Source of the DNA: a virus
Lineage: Duplodnaviria > Caudoviricetes
DNA length: 64,000 nucleotides
Reading direction: 5' to 3' (one strand)
IMG/VR virus record: IMGVR_UViG_3300029288_000085
Location: 64,001-128,000 of that record
Position numbers and translations under genes: made by a program. The notes beneath the pieces were generated by a model, which worked only from the letters and a program-made list of their open reading frames with translations, made no database searches and was not told where the DNA came from. This document shows, piece by piece, positions 57,978 to 64,000 of the stretch (its first letter is position 1; each line of letters starts with the position of its first letter).

Positions 57978-58341
57978 AAAAACAGATTACCTTCTGTTTA
58001 AACTTCCTATTCCCAAATGCCCTTTTCAACCTGTCTTTGGCCCTACGCAAATGTGTCTGTACTGAACTTCGACTTATCCCCAACATTTTGGCTACTCTCT
58101 CTTGAGTCCTTCCTTGAAGATAAATGATTTCAACTATTTGCTTCTGCCTACCTGTCAAATGAGAAAGTAAATCTTCTAATCCGACTTCATCCAATTTAGC
58201 ATTATCATATGCATCTGCCATATTATAAGTTTCAGAGTCAAAAGTATCTACGTTGGTACAGATGTATTTCCTTGGTACATAATCCTGATTTACATATTCT
58301 TCTCTCTCACTAGGAGTTAAATCATCCCATGATGGTATCAT
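57934..58341 (-). CDS. Sigma70 region-4 HTH protein, a putative late transcription regulator
   Basis: L..LT.RQ..IV......G.T...VA..LGIS.SSV..HL.RA...L. Confidence 0.85.
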   Translation of the reverse strand: MIPSWDDLTPSEREEYVNQDYVPRKYICTNVDTFDSETYNMADAYDNAKLDEVGLEDLLSHLTGRQKQIVEIIYLQGRTQERVAKMLGISRSSVQTHLRRAKDRLKRAFGNRKFKQKVICFCEEEEKPSHDCLGS

Positions 58342-58997
58342 AACTTTTTACCCACCCTCCTATAGAGAATATCTAATTTGTTATCCATAATCACCTGATG
58401 AAATGCTATTCCTAAACTTTTCAACACACCATTATTATTATCTCTATGTGGTAATCTTAAATATGATGATACAGCCGCTACTAGATTATGAATAAGCAAA
58501 TATTTAAGGTATGGTGGTGAAAATATATCATCATATTTTCTTTTTGCTATTCTTATTTCACTTAAAGCTGTATTAAATGAAGATTGTAAAGAACCTTCCT
58601 TAAAATCATATGGGAATGTAACTTTCACATTGAATCCTATTATATTTAATCTAGGTGGAATAGATAATTGTCTATTTCTTAAATAAAGATCATTTTCAAA
58701 GAGAATTTGTGACATTCCTACTGCTAATCTATCTATATCATCTTCATAATTATCATAATTGCTTAAATGTCCATCACAATAGGTATAATCTATTGCATGA
58801 ACTATCTCATGCATTAAGGTGGCTAGAACTTCCCTTTCAGGAATTATTATATTTTCTGCTCTATCTTTACCTTCAATTTTTATTATATTTTCGTATTTGC
58901 CAAAACATCCTTCATAGTCTACGTCTATAAATCTGTATGGAAATATAACTTTAATGTCAAACCCACAGATTTTTATCTTTTTCGGTAGTTTTATCAC
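58338..58997 (-). CDS. Tandem-domain HExxH metallopeptidase-like protein
   Basis: LMHEIVHAI in repeat 1 and a degenerate LIHNLVAAV in repeat 2. Confidence 0.7.
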   Translation of the reverse strand: MIKLPKKIKICGFDIKVIFPYRFIDVDYEGCFGKYENIIKIEGKDRAENIIIPEREVLATLMHEIVHAIDYTYCDGHLSNYDNYEDDIDRLAVGMSQILFENDLYLRNRQLSIPPRLNIIGFNVKVTFPYDFKEGSLQSSFNTALSEIRIAKRKYDDIFSPPYLKYLLIHNLVAAVSSYLRLPHRDNNNGVLKSLGIAFHQVIMDNKLDILYRRVGKKL

Positions 58998-59001
58998 CCC
59001 A

Positions 59002-59103
59002 TTACCCCAATAGCTTTTCTACCCAGATAACAATTCTAGGCCATGCATATTTATAAAATGCAACTCCTACAGCAACTCCTACAATAAAAAGAAATCCTCC
59101 CAT
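59002..59103 (-). CDS. 33 aa single-TM protein (not in the ORF track)
   Basis: MGGFLFIVGVAVGVAFYKYAWPRIVIWVEKLLG, preceded by a GGAGGTGAT RBS. Confidence 0.55.
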   Translation of the reverse strand: MGGFLFIVGVAVGVAFYKYAWPRIVIWVEKLLG

Positions 59104-59166
59104 CACATAATCACCTCCAAAATTGCTGGAATATAAATAAGCATCCAGTGTGTATAACATAATAAT

Positions 59167-59349
59167 CTATTTATCATAAATTGCTGCCAATATAGTCATG
59201 GTTATGATAAATACTACTACGACTAACCCTATCCCAAAAGACACTATAGTGGGAAGAAGGACTAGAATCCAGGGCCAAGTGATAGTCCCCATCAACTTTG
59301 CAACGACGAATATAATCGTCAAAATGTTTAACACTCCAATTTTTAGCAT
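59167..59349 (-). CDS. Small membrane protein
   Basis: L.IIF.V.KL.G.I.W.W..VLLP pattern, common in phage membrane proteins; AGGAG RBS. Confidence 0.75.
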   Translation of the reverse strand: MLKIGVLNILTIIFVVAKLMGTITWPWILVLLPTIVSFGIGLVVVVFIITMTILAAIYDK

Positions 59350-59376
59350 ATGTTACTCCTGAATTAAATTTCTATC

Positions 59377-59410
59377 AATATAATCATTCATACAAATTTG
59401 TCAAGGGGTT
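59377..59410 (-). promoter_or_regulatory. Candidate leftward sigma70-type promoter
   Basis: AACCCC-TTGACA-16 nt-TATATT. Confidence 0.55.
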
Positions 59411-59690
59411 TGATAAAATAAATTACCACCCGTCACAACTACCTGGCACAATTTGTCACAATATGGACAATTCTGGAAGAGGTGGAATAATCACACAAGC
59501 CGTAAAATACCATCCGCAATCACACTGGATTGATAATCCACATCCTCAAGTCTTATTTTCCCAATCCTTATTATCACCATATTTTTCTTTTAGTTGTTTA
59601 AAATCCATATAATATCTCCTAATAATTCTAATGAACCATTGTGGATGACTGACGAGCAAGGGGTGAACTTTTTTTGAAAAAAGTGCTATC

Positions 59691-59725
59691 AACCCCTTGA
59701 CAAAGGGGGGTAGGATGATTAACTT
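59691..59725 (+). promoter_or_regulatory. Candidate rightward sigma70-type promoter
   Basis: AACCCC-TTGACA-17 nt-TAACTT; shares a 14 nt core with the leftward site. Confidence 0.5.
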
Positions 59726-59849
59726 AAAGGGAAAACACAGAGGATACAATGAGAAATAAAACTTGGTATTGGAAAATATGGTGGTGGTTTGGATATCATG
59801 GTTTGTACCAAATAAACTGGTGGTTAAGAAGAAAAGGATGGATTAAATA

Positions 59850-60221
59850 ATGAACAACATACCGTGGTCAGAATTTAAACATATACAAGGATCTGAAATA
59901 TGGCCTTCTCACAATCCAGCAGATTCACCGTTTGATAAATTTACGTGTATTCACTGTGGGGAAATCCTACATATCTTAATGTATGGGTCAAGATTTATAT
60001 GTGAATCTTCATTTGAACAGAAGGCGGAAAGAGAACTAATGAATCATTTAAATTGCTGTGGGGAATTTCAGTCAGTTAAAGACAGGAAGAAGTATTTTAA
60101 ACCAGACGGTTCTTGTACAAATATCTGTCCATGGGGATATGGTGTTGTAATATCTACTGAATTGTGCATTGCATTGCCAGAGTGTAAAAAGGAGTTTGGG
60201 GGTAAAAATGATCTGTATTGA
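59850..60221 (+). CDS. Cys-rich hypothetical protein
   Basis: ORF track; CxxC and further Cys residues. Confidence 0.6.
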   Translation: MNNIPWSEFKHIQGSEIWPSHNPADSPFDKFTCIHCGEILHILMYGSRFICESSFEQKAERELMNHLNCCGEFQSVKDRKKYFKPDGSCTNICPWGYGVVISTELCIALPECKKEFGGKNDLY

Positions 60222-60417
60222 CACAGAGGGAATTCAGCATAATATCTCTTTTGGAAAGAATCTAGCTGGAATAACCCCCAGATTCATAAGAATAGAAATT
60301 AATCCAAAGGATATATTAACATATAATCATTTTAAATATATGCTAGAACATGTGTTTAATGCATTAGCCCCAAATGGAGAATTAGTTATAAAAAGTGAGA
60401 GTATTAATAGCCTGTGA
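60169..60417 (+). CDS. Hypothetical protein (start probably ATG at 60208)
   Basis: ORF track. Confidence 0.5.
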   Translation: MHCQSVKRSLGVKMICIDTEGIQHNISFGKNLAGITPRFIRIEINPKDILTYNHFKYMLEHVFNALAPNGELVIKSESINSL

Positions 60418-60979
60418 ATTTTCAGGTATAGTAAGAGAGGCATTCAGAAAAAGAGGGCATGATGCATGGAGTTGTGACTATCTTCCTACGGAAATACCAG
60501 GAAATCATATTCAAGGGGATGTTCTATCTATTATAGATCAATCTTGGGATTTGATGATTGCCCACCCACCATGCATCCATTTGGCAGTATCCGGTGCAAG
60601 ATGGTTCAAAGAGAAGATGAAAGAACAGGAAGAGGCTTTAGACTTTGTCAGGCAACTTCTCAATTCCCCAATTCCTAGAATAGCACTAGAGAATCCGGTA
60701 AGCGTAATCTCAACCAGAATAAGAAAACCAGATCAGATTATCCAACCATGGCAATTTGGGCATGATGAAAGTAAGAAAACATGCTTATGGCTGAAGAATC
60801 TTCCATTATTGAAACCAACTAATATCATATTGAAAGACAGGTATTCAAATCAAACTCCATCAAAGCAAAATAAGCTAGGCCCATCACCAAACAGATGGAA
60901 GGAAAGAAGCAGGACATATACTGGAATAGCAGAAGCGATGGCTGAACAATGGGGGAGTAAATCACCAACCATCACCTAA
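60395..60979 (+). CDS. Short phage DNA cytosine-C5 methyltransferase-like protein
   Basis: VLIACE.SG.V..AF...GH.A.SCD, AHPPC (catalytic PC), ENP, RSRT..GIA.AMA.QW. Confidence 0.85.
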   Translation: MRVLIACEFSGIVREAFRKRGHDAWSCDYLPTEIPGNHIQGDVLSIIDQSWDLMIAHPPCIHLAVSGARWFKEKMKEQEEALDFVRQLLNSPIPRIALENPVSVISTRIRKPDQIIQPWQFGHDESKKTCLWLKNLPLLKPTNIILKDRYSNQTPSKQNKLGPSPNRWKERSRTYTGIAEAMAEQWGSKSPTIT

Positions 60980-61012
60980 AATAACCTAATTTGGCTGAAA
61001 GCTAGGAAAACT

Positions 61013-61207
61013 ATGAAAATAAGCACTTTTATAAGAGAAAAAATAGCCAATTTCCAAAAAACCATCTGGGAGAAAATTTCATTTTTAGCCCAGAATTGCA
61101 CAGATGAGCAGAAATTGCAACTACTGAAGAAAATGGAGGCATATGAAAAACGAAGCAAATTGAAGCAAATTGAAGATAGGAAAATTAGAATACCATTTCT
61201 ATTCTAA
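61013..61207 (+). CDS. Hypothetical protein
   Basis: ORF track; AGGA RBS. Confidence 0.5.
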   Translation: MKISTFIREKIANFQKTIWEKISFLAQNCTDEQKLQLLKKMEAYEKRSKLKQIEDRKIRIPFLF

Positions 61208-61239
61208 TAACCAAAAAGGAAATTTTCTAAGGAGGGATT

Positions 61240-61488
61240 ATGTTAAATTGGTTACGCAAACGACTTTTTCTCAGTGATCATGAATGGAAGAAGAAGAACT
61301 GTCCAACACTATACAACTACCTTTTTGAACTGAATGATGAAGAACGACATTCTGTTTTTGAGAAAATCGTGGAAAACAGTAAACAGAATAGAGTCTGTCC
61401 TACCTGTCATGGGATTTATTGGGATGAAACCTGTCCAGAGTGTTCAGGTAGACATTCTTGTGGAGGATATGAGATAAGGCTAAAGTAA
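61240..61488 (+). CDS. Hypothetical Zn-finger protein
   Basis: CPTC.G...CPEC.G; AGGAGG RBS. Confidence 0.65.
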   Translation: MLNWLRKRLFLSDHEWKKKNCPTLYNYLFELNDEERHSVFEKIVENSKQNRVCPTCHGIYWDETCPECSGRHSCGGYEIRLK

Positions 61489-61719
61489 ATTTTTTTGTGA
61501 AAATTTTTTGGGGGATGAGCCATGTATATAGAAGAGATAGGGGCTATTTTAGCAGAAATAGCAACTATTGTAGGAGAAATAGTAGTAATATTACTTATAG
61601 TAGGATTATGTATAGCAGGTATATTAGGGCTTATTAGACTATTTGAAAAGTGGTAGTTATAATTTTATATGAATATGGTTATGGGGGTAGGTTGCCCCTT
61701 TTCTCCCTTGCGAGTCAAC

Positions 61720-62284
61720 ATGCAAGTATCGTGCCAGGGCAAATTCTCTAGTGTTATCCACTATTTAGCTATTCACATATTCAAAATACTCAATTCCCTA
61801 ATCATATCAAGTGCTTGTGTCCATATGGCATAGTCTATGCATACATGCATAGGGTGTGCCAATGTAACTTGGTTGTTGCACTCACAAACAGTATGGCATA
61901 GTATATGCATAAAGCTTACTTTATATCCTAATAACAGATAGTTATATCCATACTAAGATCGTATGACTTACCTATCAATAAATATGACATATACCTGGAT
62001 ATGGTATGGTATATGCATAGTCAAGAACTATGCCATATCAAAACCATACCATATCACTAGGACTATTCCCTGTATGCATATACCATGCCAGTCTATTCCC
62101 TAGCTATATCCATCGGTTAAATCCATACTAAGATCGTATGACTTACCTATCAATAAATATGACATATACCTGGATATGGCATAGTTTTTGACTATGCATA
62201 GACTATGCCAAATAGACCTGGGCCATGCATAAGTCATGCCAATACTCGATTATGCCCTGGTGAGCATTGGCATAGTCCTTGATC
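61720..62284. promoter_or_regulatory. Array of 11 sigma54 (-24/-12)-like 17-mers in both orientations
   Basis: TGGCA-N6-(T/A)TGCAT type. 8 copies keep GG-N10-GC and 3 have GG-N10-GA; one is TGGCACGATACTTGCAT. Confidence 0.75.
61946..62179 (+). repeat. Perfect 59 bp direct repeat (61946-62004 and 62121-62179)
   Basis: ATCCATACTAAGATCGTATGACTTACCTATCAATAAATATGACATATACCTGGATATGG occurs twice. Confidence 0.95.
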
Positions 62285-62596
62285 CGTAGTCATATCAGCA
62301 AGTTACCTCATACAATATATGGTGGTTCAAAATGATCCTATACAAGGGCTTTCCTGTGTCAAGGGGTAAAAGCATAACAAAATTCGTCAATTGTACGATT
62401 TATTTTGACAAAATTGGGCATAGTTGACTAGTTTAGCTCAATCTAGCATGTATAACATACTATACTAAAAAGAGAGGGATTAAAAAGGCCTATGCTGAAT
62501 ACATAGAGTAGAGACACTGAGAAAAACTAATGACAGGCGAAATTAAATCACTTGCTAATCAAAGCAAAATAAATCTTACGAAAGGAAAAAAAGATT

Positions 62597-62797
62597 ATGA
62601 AAGCAAAAGCAACGAGGAAAGAAGAACTAGCTGCAAAGATAATCACTACACTGTCAAAACACTCAGCCTTTACTGTAGATAGCTTTGTTGCTGTAGCCGC
62701 AAAAAAGACTCTACTGTCTTTGCCAAGTTACCAAATTTCAAATCTCTATGCTATGATTGTACTTGGTGATATGGATAGAGTCATTGATCTAATGTAA
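62597..62797 (+). CDS. Small early hypothetical protein
   Basis: ORF track; AAGGA RBS. Confidence 0.65.
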   Translation: MKAKATRKEELAAKIITTLSKHSAFTVDSFVAVAAKKTLLSLPSYQISNLYAMIVLGDMDRVIDLM

Positions 62798-62816
62798 CTA
62801 AAAAGGGAGGATGAAA

Positions 62817-62990
62817 ATGGCTACAAGTAAATCATATGACGTATGGTTAAAGGAGCAATTAATTGCTGAAGAGAAAAGACACGGACATTTGATCCGATGG
62901 CTTAATAAGCATTACCAAACAGTGTGGAAAGAATATAACAACCATCTACTGTATGAATTAATCACTGGAAAGGAGGATGAAAATGGTTAA
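62817..62990 (+). CDS. Small early hypothetical protein, 57 aa (not in the ORF track)
   Basis: MATSKSYDVWLKEQL..., GGAGG RBS. Confidence 0.6.
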   Translation: MATSKSYDVWLKEQLIAEEKRHGHLIRWLNKHYQTVWKEYNNHLLYELITGKEDENG

Positions 62991-63126
62991 AATTTATATC
63001 TTAGGACGTTACAGTAAATCGATCATTTGGCAGTCTGTATATTTACCAAAAAGTCAGGCAATTGGCCTTTCAAAAGCTTACCGATTGCTAGTACCCAAAG
63101 AGTATGACGTTAAGGTCGGTTGGTAA
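62983..63126 (+). CDS. Small early hypothetical protein, 47 aa (not in the ORF track)
   Basis: MVKIYILGRYSK..., AGGAGG RBS. Confidence 0.6.
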   Translation: MVKIYILGRYSKSIIWQSVYLPKSQAIGLSKAYRLLVPKEYDVKVGW

Positions 63127-63341
63127 ACATGAAACCTCTATCCCTCAGCCTGCAATTATACCGAGAACATTATCTTTGTTCTCTTCACATTTATTGCAGG
63201 CTACTGGATATAGGTTTCAATCGTAAGACTGCGAAATGGATTGCCTTAGCAATCGGAAACGACCCTATTAAGAGGAGTAAAGAAAATGGACACATTGAAA
63301 GACCTTGTTATCAAAGAATTAGCCACACAACGACAGTTTAG
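63120..63341 (+). CDS. Small early hypothetical protein
   Basis: ORF track. Confidence 0.5.
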   Translation: MVNMKPLSLSLQLYREHYLCSLHIYCRLLDIGFNRKTAKWIALAIGNDPIKRSKENGHIERPCYQRISHTTTV

Positions 63342-63477
63342 ACGCACCTATCTAACTAATGGATTGTCTTGGCAGATTGCAGCACAAGATTGTGAAACCT
63401 TGCGCTATTTAGTAGCACAAGAAGCAAACAAACAAAACGTTGACAAGAGGATAGTCTATAACTTGAGGTTGTATTAG
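63286..63477 (+). CDS. Small early hypothetical protein
   Basis: ORF track; GAGGAG RBS. Confidence 0.6.
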   Translation: MDTLKDLVIKELATQRQFRRTYLTNGLSWQIAAQDCETLRYLVAQEANKQNVDKRIVYNLRLY

Positions 63478-63498
63478 TGACTAGTCAAGATTGCAGAT

Positions 63499-63558
63499 TA
63501 CTCTTAACAATAGGCCATAGACGCAATATTGTTATGTTATGGCCTATGATTAAGAGTA
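63499..63558 (+). other. Long imperfect intergenic hairpin (RNase III-type processing site candidate)
   Basis: TACTCTTAA/TTAAGAGTA and ATAGGCCATA/TATGGCCTAT stems separated by an internal loop. Confidence 0.6.
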
Positions 63559-63621
63559 CCTTGCTAAACGTAATCAGATTGCAGGATTTAATCATTCTAT
63601 GGCAATGGAGGGAAAAACATC

Positions 63622-63783
63622 ATGAAACCTAGCATACTAGAAAACGAAAAATGTCCTGCCTGTGGCAGAATAGAAACCATATCGCTTGCAATAGGAAATA
63701 CCCCTACAGTTATTTGGTGTTGTTGTGGCCAAATAACTGTATATATAAGCTTAGGACAAAAAGCAGAAATATGCAGAGCATAA
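63622..63783 (+). CDS. Small Zn-ribbon protein, 53 aa (not in the ORF track)
   Basis: CPACG...WCCCG; GGAGG RBS. Confidence 0.6.
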   Translation: MKPSILENEKCPACGRIETISLAIGNTPTVIWCCCGQITVYISLGQKAEICRA

Positions 63784-63802
63784 ATATGGAGGGAAAAACA
63801 TC

Positions 63803-63955
63803 ATGAAAATATGGTTATATAAACCTATACGTGCAAGGAAATGTTTTGGCAAGGTTTACACTGACTTTCATCCTTGCAAGGACAGACTTACTGTATACAT
63901 TTTCGGTCTTATACTTCAAATAGATTGGAGGAAAATGCATCATGAAACGATATGA
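63803..63955 (+). CDS. Small hypothetical protein, 50 aa (not in the ORF track)
   Basis: MKIWLYKPIRARK...; its leader is identical to that of 63622. Confidence 0.55.
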   Translation: MKIWLYKPIRARKCFGKVYTDFHPCKDRLTVYIFGLILQIDWRKMHHETI

Positions 63956-64000
63956 ATTGATTGATCGAAAACTAGCTAGACTAGAAAGCCTGTCTCGTAT

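Noticed and set aside
5048-58930. Numerous 60-230 aa plus-strand ORFs inside minus-strand genes (e.g. 8050, 12063, 13509, 52833)
   Set aside because: Fully overlapped by well-supported genes, mostly with TTG/GTG starts and antisense-type composition.
59546-59749. 67 aa minus-strand ORF
   Set aside because: TTG start overlapping a promoter region; only the last ~20 codons follow a plausible RBS.
60976-61158. 60 aa minus-strand ORF
   Set aside because: Antisense to 61013..61207 within a plus-strand block.
61752-61762. DnaA box-like TTATCCACT
   Set aside because: A single 8/9 match, expected by chance.
61720-62284. CRISPR array interpretation of the repeats
   Set aside because: The repeats are 17 nt, degenerate, in both orientations and irregularly spaced; no cas genes are present.
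62526-62545. Hammerhead-like CTAATGA...GAAA
   Set aside because: The core deviates from CUGANGA and stems I-III cannot be formed.
1-64000. Genome-wide stop-codon reassignment
   Set aside because: Long genes are intact in code 11, and TGA, TAG and TAA all end genes with tight overlaps; only one suspicious in-frame TGA was found.
1-64000. DGR, integrase, tRNA, intein or endolysin
   Set aside because: No reverse transcriptase, TR/VR pair, recombinase, cloverleaf, intein motifs or clear lysin domain were recognised by eye in this window.

Overview
This window is about 64 kb of an AT-rich tailed dsDNA phage genome. It is siphovirus-like, with a tape measure protein, a tail tube, a lambda-type tail tip and no sheath gene. 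From about 59.3 kb down to position 1, a single minus-strand late region runs in this order: sigma70-region-4 regulator, terS, terL, portal, scaffold, decoration protein, major capsid, then a glycan synthesis and modification island of about 23 kb (24.3-47.1 kb). The island holds 10 glycosyltransferase genes (an 11th sits beside the tail tube), 6 class I methyltransferase domains, a B12 radical SAM enzyme, RmlB, a DegT aminotransferase, 2 acyltransferases, an APS kinase and a sulfotransferase. After it come a lectin-tipped protein with a 505-residue poly-Ser stalk, a head-tail adaptor carrying a fibre-attachment-like domain, neck and tail genes, a G/GT -1 frameshift, the tape measure, the tail tip and a tail spike. 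Right of about 59.7 kb are small plus-strand early-type genes and a 1.1 kb non-coding region with 11 copies of a sigma54 (-24/-12)-like 17-mer in both orientations. The best candidates for undescribed biology are: (1) a phage-encoded virion glycocalyx, i.e. a mucin-like Ser-rich neck fibre, its glycosylation/methylation/sulfation pathway and a recurring A-S/T motif on exposed virion proteins; (2) the sigma54-box array; (3) a small basic gene with an in-frame UGA followed by a hairpin (possible selenocysteine or readthrough); (4) a second protein carrying a copy of the scaffold C-terminal tail. All functional calls come from reading motifs by eye; no database searches were run.
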